Below, one piece after another: positions 1-11,682 of a stretch of DNA of 64,000 bases (positions within the stretch are counted from its first letter, which is position 1; each line of letters starts with the position of its first letter). The position numbers and the translations under genes were made by a program. Origin of the DNA: Eledone cirrhosa (Eukaryota). The notes beneath the pieces are model-generated. The model worked only from the letters and a program-made list of their open reading frames with translations. It had not been told where the DNA came from and did no database searches. The stretch spans positions 265,422,001 through 265,486,000 of the forward strand of contig OZ024742.1 of assembly GCA_964016885.1 (NCBI GenBank). The letters run 5' to 3'.

Positions 1-2798
1 TAGGTTTAGTAAGACTTTAGCAATAGAGAAAAATAGAGCAGAGGGAGAATTAGTTAGAAAATTAGATGAGGCGCTTAGCAAAGGCGTACTTGCTACGACG
101 TATTTGCGACGTACTTGCGGCGAAATTGGCCCTTGACCAATTCTTCAATGCAAAGCACGAAGGCTGCGTTGTCAGAGCTAGGGTGCGTGCTCTCAGACAC
201 GAGGGGACGAAAGCCGTTCAATGGGCCCGAGTGGCGGAGGCGCGTCGTGGCAACAAAGCCACGATCCGGTCTTTGGTGGACCACGACGGGCGCATGCTAC
301 TCGATCCCGGGAAAATGTGTGAAGCTTTTCAGCGACACTTCGCTCAACTGTTCGGGGGCAGTGGCGGGCCGGATCGAGGGATGGACTTTAGTGTCTACCT
401 CGACGGACTGCCACTGCTTTCGGCCACTGAGGCGGAGTGTTGCGAAAAGTCGATAACAACCGCTGAAGTACGGGATGCAATGACTAGTTGCACAAGGGGT
501 AAATCGCCTGGTTTGGATGGTCTCCCCTATGAACTTTACGTACAAATGCCAAACTTGTTCGGAGGCCTCTTGGCAGACGTCTACTGCAACTGGCAACAGA
601 ACGGGAGAATTCCCAGCTCTGTGAGCCGAGGAGCGGTGGCGCTGCTGAGAAAGGATCCGAACAAGGGGGATAACATAGATAATTTTAGGCCCATAACTCT
701 GCTAAACACAGAGTTCAAGATTTTGGCCAAGGTGCTAGCAAAGAGGTTGGCGCTTGTCGTTGGTGGTCTGGTGGGAGAGGCACAGACATGCGCCATTCCC
801 GACAGATCCATCCACGACAACCTCCACCTCATGCGATACATCGTAGAGAGGGTAGCTAGGGAACCTTGCACGGGTGGGTCTTTGATCAATTTAGATCCGT
901 CGAAAGCCTTCGATAGGGTCGACCATCGTTACCTAGAGGCAGTCCTGAGAGCGGCTGGCTTTGGGCCCGTCTTCAGAGGCTGGATCGCTGCCATGCACAG
1001 CAACATCTGCTCTGTAGTGAGAGTGAACGGTCACCTTTCGGAACCGTTCAACATCATGCGCCCGGTCCGCCAAGGATGTCCCCTCTCGTCCCTATTGTAC
1101 GTATTGACTCTCGAGCCATTACTGCACAAACTGGAGACGTTGAGGGGGATCCCGCGCGAACTAGGATGCGGAAGATCCGTGTCAGCATATGCCGACGATG
1201 TCACGGTAGTGGTGTCGAACGTCAAACACATCGAGGCGATCGGCACTACACTAAGAGAATACGAAGCGGTGACAGGAGCAATGATCAACCAGGAAAAGTC
1301 AGTGGGTCTGCAGCTCGGCACCTGGAGAGGCAGGTCCATGCCGTCCAACAGCGTCGTCGGGCGCTGGACAGACGGACCGGTTAAATTGCTAGGGGTCTGG
1401 TTCGGTCCAGACCTCCAGACGGACAAAAACTGGGACGAGGTGACGAGCAGGGTGGCTTCTCTCACCCAGAAATGGGCCGAGAGGAAACTATCCCTGAAAG
1501 GTCGAGCGGAGGTGGCTAACGCGTACATAGCGTCCGTCATCTACTACCGCCTGACCGTCGTCCCTTGTCCTAAGCCCCGCCTGACTGCGCTGGAGCGTTT
1601 GCTCTTTCGCTTCTTGTGGAAGGGACGCGCTCCGATGGTCAGGCGGTCCATCTGCTGTCAACACCCGCTACGTGGAGGGCTGGGCATGCCGTGGCTGATG
1701 ATGCGCAGACACGCGCTCAGGCTACGACATCTCCACCTCTTCCTCGACAGTGATCAGGTGTGGTCGCCGTTTGCTAGACACGTTTTTCCCCAGCTCGTCT
1801 CCTTGACGGAGCTGCAGTCCTGGGTCAAGCGAAGACCGAGAGGGAGCGCTTGGAGACTGGAATGTCTTCAGGCGCTCACAGCCCTCGACCAATCGGGCAA
1901 TGTGATCGGTGGAAACTCCACCTTGGCGTTCTATAGGGGATTAGTGGAGGGGAAGAGCGACGACGTACTTGGAGAAACTCTAGGCGTCGACGAAAATCAA
2001 CTAGCCAATCTCTTCGGAAGGACTTTCGGGCCGGGGCCTATGGACAACTTCCAGAAATCCCTGGCCTGGCAGTGCTACCGAGGAGCTTTGCCAGTTCGGG
2101 ATAAACTCTACAGGCATGGAGGTGCCGTCAGCCGGGCATGTCCGAGATGCGCGCAGGGCGACGAAACCGTCCTGCACGCACTCGTCCAGTGTCCGAGCAT
2201 TGCTGACTTGTGGGTTTATGTCGAACACCTGCTGTCACGTGTAGGACGGATCCAGCTATCAGCTGAGTCCATCGTGAGGATTGCCCCGCCCCCTTCCTTT
2301 AGCCTGGAAGGGCAGGCAGTTTTTATCTGTCTGGTGGCCATGGCGAAAGAGATAGTATGGTGGACACGTTTGAAAGGGCTGAAGACGAGCACTTACCTCT
2401 ACGGTGATGCCCTGATTAACTTTTTCAAATTTCATTTGAAAAGGAAAATCAGGGTAGAGAGGGAAGTGCTCTCTTCCCAGCATTTTGTTGAAAGATGGGT
2501 GAGAGAAGCAAGTATGGCCCGAATGAATGGGCCTTCTCTGAGTATGTGTCTGTAAATTAAAGGTGGAAAACTGGGAGAGGGCACTTGCCCTGGTGGTCAG
2601 GGCCACTGTGGTCTTTTAATGGGCTTTCTCCACAAATGTCCCTCGGAAGTCTCCCCCCTATTGGGGAATTTTTCTTTGTTATTTTATTTCAACCTCTGTT
2701 TTTTTTACACGCAGAAATGCCCATTTGTACCGTCCTGTATTGTCCTGTACTGTCCTTAATGTCTACTTTATGTAAACCCTTGTGGTTAATAAAGAAAA

Positions 2799-2800
<2 letters not shown>
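1..2800 (+). mobile_element. L1/Tx1-clade non-LTR retrotransposon (3' part; 5' part lies left of the window)
   Basis: GC-rich segment with an RT ORF, a ~245-bp 3' UTR and AATAAA (~2788), then (TTA)n. An open frame from position 2 (RFSKTLAIEKNRAEGELVRKLDEAL) shifts into the 66..2555 frame at a short imperfect repeat near 85-118. Confidence 0.93.
66..2555 (+). CDS. LINE ORF2 reverse transcriptase with C-terminal zf-RVT zinc finger (partial; frameshifted near 100)
   Basis: Motifs KSPGLDG, NFRPITLLN, D.SKAFD, RQGCPLS, YADD and CPRC..ET..H....C are typical of L1/Tx1 ORF2. The endonuclease domain is not in the window. Confidence 0.92.
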   Translation: MRRLAKAYLLRRICDVLAAKLALDQFFNAKHEGCVVRARVRALRHEGTKAVQWARVAEARRGNKATIRSLVDHDGRMLLDPGKMCEAFQRHFAQLFGGSGGPDRGMDFSVYLDGLPLLSATEAECCEKSITTAEVRDAMTSCTRGKSPGLDGLPYELYVQMPNLFGGLLADVYCNWQQNGRIPSSVSRGAVALLRKDPNKGDNIDNFRPITLLNTEFKILAKVLAKRLALVVGGLVGEAQTCAIPDRSIHDNLHLMRYIVERVAREPCTGGSLINLDPSKAFDRVDHRYLEAVLRAAGFGPVFRGWIAAMHSNICSVVRVNGHLSEPFNIMRPVRQGCPLSSLLYVLTLEPLLHKLETLRGIPRELGCGRSVSAYADDVTVVVSNVKHIEAIGTTLREYEAVTGAMINQEKSVGLQLGTWRGRSMPSNSVVGRWTDGPVKLLGVWFGPDLQTDKNWDEVTSRVASLTQKWAERKLSLKGRAEVANAYIASVIYYRLTVVPCPKPRLTALERLLFRFLWKGRAPMVRRSICCQHPLRGGLGMPWLMMRRHALRLRHLHLFLDSDQVWSPFARHVFPQLVSLTELQSWVKRRPRGSAWRLECLQALTALDQSGNVIGGNSTLAFYRGLVEGKSDDVLGETLGVDENQLANLFGRTFGPGPMDNFQKSLAWQCYRGALPVRDKLYRHGGAVSRACPRCAQGDETVLHALVQCPSIADLWVYVEHLLSRVGRIQLSAESIVRIAPPPSFSLEGQAVFICLVAMAKEIVWWTRLKGLKTSTYLYGDALINFFKFHLKRKIRVEREVLSSQHFVERWVREASMARMNGPSLSMCL

Positions 2801-2843
<43 letters not shown>
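2801..2843. repeat. (TTA)n microsatellite at the LINE 3' end
   Basis: Direct reading of the sequence. Confidence 0.95.
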
Positions 2844-2844
<1 letters not shown>

Positions 2845-2845
2845 A

Positions 2846-3025
2846 GTGAATTGGCAGTATCTGTGGAGGGTCGGACATGCTTTCCAGCATAGTTAGTCCC
2901 TTTATGATCAGAGTTCAAATCCCTCTAAGGTTAACTTTGCCTTTCATCCTTACGGGGTCGATAAAATAAAGTACCAGTAATGTACTGGGTAATTGCTGGC
3001 CTTGTGCCAAAACGTAGAAACAATT
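2846..3025 (+). mobile_element. tRNA-derived SINE (abundant family with core gcctttcatccttacggggtcgataaaataaagtaccag)
   Basis: B-box-like gagttcaaatccc, a conserved core and a (TTA)n tail; many related copies in the window. Confidence 0.85.
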
Positions 3026-3074
3026 ATTATTATTATTATTATTATATATACGATATATTATATATACGATATAT

Positions 3075-3250
3075 TAACAAATGGAAACTATATTTATAAA
3101 ACCATATTTATTTCATTATACATATTTCAAGGACACCAAGTTAAATTATGGTGTGCTTTCATCAGATAAAATATAATATAGATCAGTTTTATAAATAAAT
3201 ATTGACATACCCTTAAAGAATGCGACCATTTCTGTTGGAAGCTCCCGGAA
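3075..3250 (-). repeat. ~175-bp PLE-terminal-like fragment, duplicated directly at ~5155-5330, with a hammerhead-like core on the minus strand
   Basis: Near-identical copy at 5155-5330. The minus strand reads CTGATGA-aagcacacca-loop-tggtgtcctt-GAAA; stems I and III are unclear. Confidence 0.7.
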
Positions 3251-3251
3251 C

Positions 3252-3254
3252 TTC

Positions 3255-3311
<57 letters not shown>

Positions 3312-4149
3312 GAGGATGTCTGTCTGTGTGTCTGTTCCCTAAAACTCGAGAAGTACCCAACCGTTTTATTTCAAAATGTACACATGTAACCCGTATGGGC
3401 CCCGAAGTGTTTTGAGCATAAACAATTTCAAATTTTCAATGCCCTAGGGACCGCATTAGGTGATTTAGCGATCTCTTTCTCTTTCTCTTAGTCTTTCTCT
3501 TTTTAGATAGATACATAGATATGACGTCGCGCCTTCATAATACCTGTCTGTATGCCTGACTGTCTGCATTACGTCATTATGACGCGATCAGTGTGTGTGT
3601 GTGTATATATTCATATGCCAGGGAACGTCTTCACGAACCAAAGTATCGTCTTCCTGTTTTCCAGATTGATTTTTTTTGTTTAAGAAGATCCCGTTAAGGT
3701 TGAAAGCAGCGATTCTTTGCTTAAACATTAATATGTTATTTTAATATAGATATTCGTGTACAGATATTTTCGCATACACAAAAACAAAATATAAACAAAC
3801 AAGGCCAAAGATTACATCAGTTAGTCTTAGTGTACTTCATACTGCTTTTAGGTAGAATATCCCGTTAAGGGTGAAACCAGCGATTCATTTTCTGCGTTCA
3901 CAGATTGATTTTTTTAGTTTCAGAAGATCCTGTTAAGGGTGAAAGCAGTGATTCTTTGCTTAAACTTAAATCTATTATTTTAATATATATATATATAATT
4001 ATATATTAATGGACAGATATTTTTGCATACACAATAACAAAGTATAAACAAACGTATTTATTTCACGAGGCTCGATAAGGATAAATATATATCAAATATA
4101 TAAGAACCCTAGAGCAAATCCCGAGCAACGCCAGGCCATTCTGCTAGTA
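3252..4149 (+). mobile_element. Non-autonomous Helitron-like element
   Basis: Starts with (TA)n-aaaacagaggatgtctgtctgtgtgtctg and ends with a GC-rich short hairpin-like cccgagcaacgccaggc followed by CTAGT, the typical Helitron 3' end. Confidence 0.65.
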
Positions 4150-4205
4150 TATATATATAGTAATAATAAATGTGAAGATTAAAATCCGAATAGGGTTGGA
4201 TAAAG

Positions 4206-4392
<187 letters not shown>

Positions 4393-4589
4393 GGGGTAAC
4401 AAATAATAGTTATATGCAGTCCACTTAGGTGTAGTCCAGTTATGGTATTCCGGGTAGTGGATGATATCAACGCTTGGCTTGGTTTAACTCAACAAGGCGT
4501 CTTCATAGTGATGTTGCGGGTATGCTGTACTACTTCATATAGTAGCCTGTATATTCCTTTCATGCCTGTATATCCTCTTCATTCTCGCA

Positions 4590-4697
4590 TGCTCCGAAGA
4601 ACTGACTGGTTATAATTTTGTATTGGCGATCGAGTAACGTGCAAACTAGCGAATAGCGATCTCTAGGCCTACCAGTTCAGAGAAACAATTGTCAACA
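4590..4697 (+). ncRNA. Hammerhead ribozyme-like motif (CCGAAGA core variant, long loop II)
   Basis: tgct-CCGAAGA-actgactgg...ccagttcaga-GAAA-caattg-TC-aaca. Stem III is the palindrome acaattgt, the triplet is GUC, and stem I has one mismatch. Confidence 0.65.
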
Positions 4698-4749
4698 ATG
4701 AGATTAAAAACCTTTTTTGTATAGCAAACCATGTCAATCTTCTTTCCTG

Positions 4750-4814
<65 letters not shown>

Positions 4815-4830
4815 CATATACATATATACG

Positions 4831-4900
<70 letters not shown>

Positions 4901-4944
4901 TATACATATATACATATATATTACTATATATATATACATATACA

Positions 4945-5058
<114 letters not shown>

Positions 5059-5947
5059 GAGGTTCTATTTAAATTGTTGGGATACAACAACCAAATATTT
5101 TTATAACTGATATAAAGCACTCAACAAATTATTGGAGTAAAAATACGATATATCAACAAATGGAAACTATATTTATAAAACCATATTTATTTCATTATAC
5201 ATATTTCAAGGACACCAAGTTAAATTATGGTGTGCTTTCATCAGATAAAATATAATATAGAGCAGTTTTATAAATAAATATTGACATACCCTTAAAGAAT
5301 GCGACCATTTCTGTTGGAAGTTCCCAGATAGTGGGGTTATAAATTTATTTATACTATTATGCAAATTAATGTCGTATATTTTTAAATCACAGTAGATTTA
5401 AATAAGCCGTTGGGTTATGGAGAAAGAAAAAGAGAAAAAAGAGGAAAAAGAGCAAACTCTAAGAGGAAAATAAGAAAAATAAGAAAAAGAGAAAGAGAAG
5501 GTAAAAGAAAAGAGAAAAGAGAAAGAGAAGGAGAAAGCTCTAAGTGATAGGTTGTATTAGCTTAACTCTTGAGATGAAGTGAAAGAATAAATATTTAATG
5601 GATGAGTAAAGAAGACTAAATAAGCGTGAATGGAAAATACATAAATAATAGGAGAATTTTAACCAGTGTTTAAATATGATTAAATGTTTAGTTTATCAAT
5701 TAAATTATTGAGATCTATATATTAAAAATTGAGATCTATATATTATTAAAATATATAGATCTCAATTTTAAATATACTTTATTTTATCGACCCCGTAAAG
5801 ATGAAGGCAATGTTAACCTCGGCGGGAATAAATAATATAATATATCATCTCTGATATAACATGAATGGACCTGTTATTTTTATCTAAAGACATTTTTTTC
5901 CAATTCCAACCCGCCCGTCCCCTCAATCTATCTTATTTCTCATTATT

Positions 5948-5983
5948 TCTTCTGATGAAGGACTAGCATCCGAAACGTTAAGA
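5948..5983 (+). ncRNA. Minimal type I hammerhead ribozyme motif
   Basis: tctt-CTGATGA-a-gga-ctagca-tcc-GAAA-cg-TT-aaga. Stem I is tctt/aaga and stem III is the palindrome aacgtt. Confidence 0.75.
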
Positions 5984-6326
5984 CCTTCTTCCTGCTATAT
6001 CAAGCGTTAACCTAATATATCCTTTCCATATACTGTACCGATTGGATTGTGTTGTTATTTCTGTTTACCTTTTACCCCCCCCCCCCATATATATATATAT
6101 ATATATATGGGAATGCACTTATAGTCTGAAATACTCAGTTCTTGAGAGGATCCTGTTAAGAGTGAAAGCACCGATTCTTTTCTTAAACTTTAATCGGTCC
6201 TTATAAAATATATATATATATATATATGGGGGGGGGGGGGTAAAAGGTAAACAGAAATAACAACACACTCGGTACAGTATATGGAAAGGATATATTAGGT
6301 TAACGCTTGATATAGCAGGAAGAAGG

Positions 6327-6362
6327 TCTTAACGTTTCGGATGCTAATCCTTCATCAGAAGA
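6327..6362 (-). ncRNA. Minimal hammerhead ribozyme motif (inverted copy of 5948-5983)
   Basis: Reverse complement of tcttaacgtttcggatgctaatccttcatcagaaga. Confidence 0.75.
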
Positions 6363-6850
6363 AACAATGAGAAATAAGATAGATTGAGGGGACGGGTGGG
6401 TTGGAATTGGAAAAAATGTCTTTAGATAAAAATAACAGGTCCATTCATGTTAGGAAAAGTGCTCAATCGGCATCAGAGATGATATATTATATTATTTATT
6501 CCCGCCGAGGTTAACTTTGCCTTCATCCTTACGGGGTCGATAAAATAAAATACCAGTAATGCACTGGGATAATTGCTGGCCTTGTGCCAAAAGTAGAATA
6601 TATTTCCAACTAGTTAATTATATATATTTGCAACTAGTTAATCATATACAGGTGCAGTTGTATGTGTAATTATGTATATAAATTTGTTGCATAGAATTTC
6701 TCGTTCTCAGCGATTTGAGTTCAATGAATGTCGACGCTAACTTTGCTTTTCATCATTTCGAGGTCAATAATTATAATACCAGTCTAGTAATGGTATTTAT
6801 TCTTCTCGAGTCTCTCTCCCTTCCTCTCTCTTCCTCTCTCTCTATATATA

Positions 6851-6860
6851 TGCACACATG

Positions 6861-6935
<75 letters not shown>

Positions 6936-7010
6936 GCACACACACACGCGCGCGCGCACACGCACGCACACACACACACACACACACACACTCACCCTCA
7001 CACACACAGA

Positions 7011-7078
<68 letters not shown>
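6851..7078. repeat. (CA)n compound microsatellite
   Basis: Direct reading; similar tracts occur at 29901-30068, 34169-34406, 35695-35831 and 38146-38279. Confidence 0.95.
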
Positions 7079-7079
<1 letters not shown>

Positions 7080-7314
7080 CTCCACGCCTGTGCAAAGCTA
7101 TAGCGTGGAACTAAAGTTCACAGGGGAACGGGCTTCGGCTATGAAAATATCATTTCTGTCCGTTCCCCTGTCTTTAGATTGGATTGCCTCGGAAACATAA
7201 CCTTATTGCATGAGATGCTGTCTGATGATATCACATGAAATATGTATCACAGCTTTGTTCATAAAGGACTTTTTAACACCCACGCCGAACCACACATTTT
7301 TCTTATTATATATT

Positions 7315-7359
<45 letters not shown>

Positions 7360-7401
7360 AAAAGGCAAACAGAAATAACATAGCAAATGGCACCCCCTCC
7401 C

Positions 7402-7440
<39 letters not shown>

Positions 7441-7499
7441 TGATAGCACGCAGAGGTGAACTCAAACCCTATATATTTATTATATATATTTATTATATA

Positions 7500-8380
7500 T
7501 ATTTATTATACATTGCTTCACTGTTTCTCGTAGCTGAAAATTCATTTCCTTCTCATTTGCCGAGATCCTTTATGTGGATGACGTTGTTGACGGAGGATGT
7601 CAATTCTTTAATGGAACATGCAGTGATATAGATGGCAAGTGAGAGTAGAGAAAGGGTGTGTTTGAAATCGTCGAATCTTGTGACGTTGTCATTTTTCACT
7701 TTTCTTCTTTCGGTTTCGAAAACAAATTGGTTTATTGACGGACTGAAGCCAGTTTAATAGCTATGCAATTAGATTAAATGAATTTCACTTATTTAGTTGA
7801 TTATTGTAGTGACGGAGCGTCCTCCGCGTGGTCTCTACCCAGTGGTAAATTCACTGAAGAGCTTTTCGAGAGGATGTCAGTTTTCGTTCATTCTTGGAAG
7901 ATGTCCTCACCACCGAAGTGGTATTTCAGTGAAGGTTGTATCGAAGTCCGGAATGGATGAACTTGGAGCGGGTTGGCTTTTGTAATGATCAAAACAGGCC
8001 AAAACGGATGTAGGCTTTAGCAAACTCACTGACCGATTGGTGAAATTCCTCACTTGAAGAGCAAAGGGCTGCGCTGTAATATTGGTGCTGTGATATATGG
8101 TTGGGAATGGTTGAGGGCGGAGTTAGGCCAACGAATATGATGCCGGTACCTTTTAAGGTGTTCTAACGATGTTCGCATAGCACTGAAGGAAGTTACAAAG
8201 AGAAAAGAGTAAGTACGAGGATTCCTCATTGCTTCAGTCTAATGGTGTTTTGATGGAAGACATACACTGGCATTCTACCATGCAATGGTTGAACCACATA
8301 GAGGAAGTTGGCCAAATATCAAATGGTCCTGGAACCATCAGTATGGCATCTATCAAGACACTGACTGTTTTCATAGTCTT
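7500..8380 (-). pseudogene. Highly degraded retroelement ORF fragment, possibly the N-terminal region of a PLE ORF
   Basis: Higher-complexity island between (TA)n tracts. Minus-strand peptides such as EHLKRYRHHIRW only loosely resemble PLE ORFs, and there are many stops. Confidence 0.3.
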
Positions 8381-8418
8381 AAATTATGTAAATATATTAT
8401 ATATATATCTAATACGAC

Positions 8419-8455
<37 letters not shown>

Positions 8456-8602
8456 TTTTGAGTATATGTTGGTTGTATACCAACACCCTAGTATGCAGGC
8501 TGGAGCACTCGACGAAGTGCGCAGGTTGGTTTGGTTACTCCGGAGTAATGTCAAATAAAGTTAAATAAAAAGTCAAATGTTTAAAATTTAACTTCGTTTA
8601 TT

Positions 8603-8657
8603 ACTGCTATATATATTTCAGTGACAGCCATCTTTGGCTGTGAACTCTTCAGGCAGT
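8603..8657 (-). ncRNA. Hammerhead ribozyme motif (mirror copy of 8888-8942)
   Basis: Reverse complement of actgctatatatatttcagtgacagccatctttggctgtgaactcttcaggcagt. Confidence 0.75.
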
Positions 8658-8887
8658 CCGAATTAGTGTGGTATAGACAAGTACATATGTTGTTGAGGTG
8701 TATAATTTTGTCAATACTCTGATATGTCCAGTTCCTGGTTAGGTTGTTATTTCACTGAGGAAGTGGAATCATATGATTCCAGTTCTTCAGAGAAATAACA
8801 ACCTAACCAGGAACTGGAAATATCAGAGTATTGACAAAATTATACACCTCAACAACATATGTACTTGTCTATACCACACTAATTCGG

Positions 8888-8942
8888 ACTGCCTGAAGAG
8901 TTCACAGCCAAAGATGGCTGTCACTGAAATATATATAGCAGT
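8888..8942 (+). ncRNA. Hammerhead ribozyme motif
   Basis: actgc-CTGAAGA-gttc-acagcca-aaga-tggctgt-cact-GAAA-tatata-TA-gcagt. Stem I is a 5-bp perfect match and stem III is an AT palindrome. Confidence 0.78.
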
Positions 8943-8986
8943 AATAAACGAAGCTAAATTTAAACATTTGACTTTTTATTTAACTT

Positions 8987-9037
<51 letters not shown>

Positions 9038-9039
9038 AA

Positions 9040-9275
<236 letters not shown>

Positions 9276-9810
9276 TTATGTATGTTTGTAATTGTGTGTG
9301 TAAGTATATGTATATATATATATATATATATATACATAGACTCACACACACATATATATATATACATGATATTTCTTTCTTTTTCTTATAACTTATCTGA
9401 CCATTCTTAGTCAATCCAACTTGCAATGTGAATAGGATTCGATCAGATCTAATAAAACCACAAGATGCCCGTTGCTTTACCCAAATGTACCAGCTCTTCT
9501 CCCTCGATTTGTTTAAAAAAACTTGAATCAACCAAGGCTATAGAATATATCTCCCTTGCTTCCTTCCGTGATCGAGAGCCCCTAAAATGATTTTCGGTCT
9601 AGAAATTGCAAGGACGTTCTCAGTCGAATGACGTTTTTCTCCACTCATCATATTCAGACAGCGAGACTCTATTTGTATGTAAACAACTTTAGCAGAGCGC
9701 TCCCCTCGGGTATGTTCTTACACACACGAACACACAGACAAATATATATATATGTGCATGTATGTGTGTATGTGTGTGAGCGTGTATATGTGTGTGTGTG
9801 TGTGAGCACT

Positions 9811-9871
<61 letters not shown>

Positions 9872-9927
9872 TAATAAAAACAATGAATAAAAACAAAGAA
9901 ACAGTTCCTTATATTAAAAAATTCATA

Positions 9928-10055
9928 ATTTTACGATCGTTTCTAGGATATATATATGTGTGTTGGTATGTATATCATATAGATCTATGTAAAAATTTTA
10001 CAAACTATCTGAGGAAGTATACATACCTACACATATATATGCTGTCTTCAGAAAT
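9928..10055 (-). ncRNA. Hammerhead ribozyme motif with ~100-nt extended stem II
   Basis: Minus strand: attt-CTGAAGA-[..atatatatgtgtaggtatgtata....tatacataccaacacacatatatat..]-GAAA-cgatcg-TA-aaat. Stem III is the palindrome acgatcgt. Confidence 0.7.
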
Positions 10056-10310
10056 AATCATCGAAAACATTTTTGAATACTTCTTCTCTTTTCATGATAT
10101 TTGGATTACATTGTCTTCTTCATACGAATTGGACACTACCGTATATCTTGGTAGATCTATCTACATATATATATATATATATATATATATCACGATAAAT
10201 TAACGGAGGCATAGGCCGTCGTTATTCCCTGTAAATAATGTGCTCAAAGGGGAAGAGATCCTGAGCCCATTATCACTTATTTTTCCCTGTATTATTGATA
10301 ACGCACTATA

Positions 10311-10349
<39 letters not shown>

Positions 10350-10356
<7 letters not shown>

Positions 10357-10965
10357 TAAAAGGAAAAGAAAATGCTGACAAATTGTTCCCAGTGAAAAAT
10401 AGTTTAATTAGGAATAAGTAAAAATTAGTAATATTATTGGTTAGTATTCAGTTTTGGTTTTAAGTTTTACCGGTCGCGCATTTCTATATAAACACAATGA
10501 CATACGTAAACACACATGTTCTATGGTGCAACACAAATATACACAAATTTGCATACCTTTTGATGTCTATAGATATAAACGTGCCGACACACACACATAC
10601 ATATACGCACAGATGCATTGCACACTGATGGGCACATACATATTTGTACACAAGTATTCCAATACGGCAAGGCCTAATGGATTCCCCTTGCAGTACGTAC
10701 AATCTGGACACTCACACACACCTTGGTATTATGCCAATACTATATATCATTTCACACCTTTTATTATTAAGGTTTTTGATTTTCTATTGAGAGAATCGTT
10801 TTTACTGAAAATATCGAATAATGTACACCATGTTTACCAGTATCACAAAAATACTGGTCCACCCACACACACACATTCTCACACACACACACACATATAT
10901 ACACACACACACACACACATATATATACACACACACATACACACGCGTACATTAACATACAAAGA

Positions 10966-11030
<65 letters not shown>

Positions 11031-11137
11031 CTCCGTATAAGATAAGAGCTGAAAAATATCTTTTAACATGTTAAAATATCCCCCACACACGTACAGACAC
11101 ATTCCTACTGACCATCCCACTACCACGAATTACTCTG

Positions 11138-11184
<47 letters not shown>

Positions 11185-11682
11185 TCTTAATAGGCATTTG
11201 AACTGTCAACAGGCTCCGGTTCGCACACACATCCCTGCTGACCATTATCACAACAACGAACCTCTTTGCTACTACTACACACACACACACATACATATTT
11301 GTCTTGAAAGACTTATTTTTCAGTGACTTCTCAATCAGCCGAGACAAACCTACATTTGGCGCAAAATCAATTTTTAACATTCACATGACCTCTACCGACC
11401 AATCAAAATTGTTTTGACCACAAGAATTTTTTCATTCATCTGGAGCCACTTTTTTTTACATAAAACAGGTAGAATTTCCAAAACTAATCAGATTAGAGCA
11501 AATATCACGGGCGCTCTATCTCAAAATTATTTTTGAAAAGCATTAGAAATGCGCAACCGGCAATACTTATAAACCAAAACTGAATACTAACCAATACTAT
11601 TACTAATTTTTACTTATTCCTAATTAAACTATTTTTCACTGGGAACAATTTGTCAGCATTTTCTTTTCCTTTTACCAATATA
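10350..11682. repeat. ~135-bp inverted repeats (10350-10487 / 11545-11682) enclosing ~1.05 kb
   Basis: tattggtaaaaggaaaagaaaatgctgacaaattgttcccagtg... and its reverse complement. Confidence 0.88.

Larger units (their letters stand above)
5775..6552. repeat. Fold-back: ~330-bp inverted arms (SINE fragment + PLE-like fragment) around a ~100-bp spacer
   Basis: 5775-6108 is the reverse complement of ~6210-6552 with few mismatches and one ~20-bp indel. Confidence 0.9.
8553..8991. repeat. ~440-bp near-perfect palindrome with no spacer
   Basis: Centre tggaatcat|atgattcca at 8772/8773; the arms are reverse complements with a few mismatches. Confidence 0.95.

Noticed and set aside
93-2606. Short overlapping and antisense ORFs inside the LINE
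   Set aside because: Shadow ORFs of a GC-rich coding sequence with no recognisable motifs.
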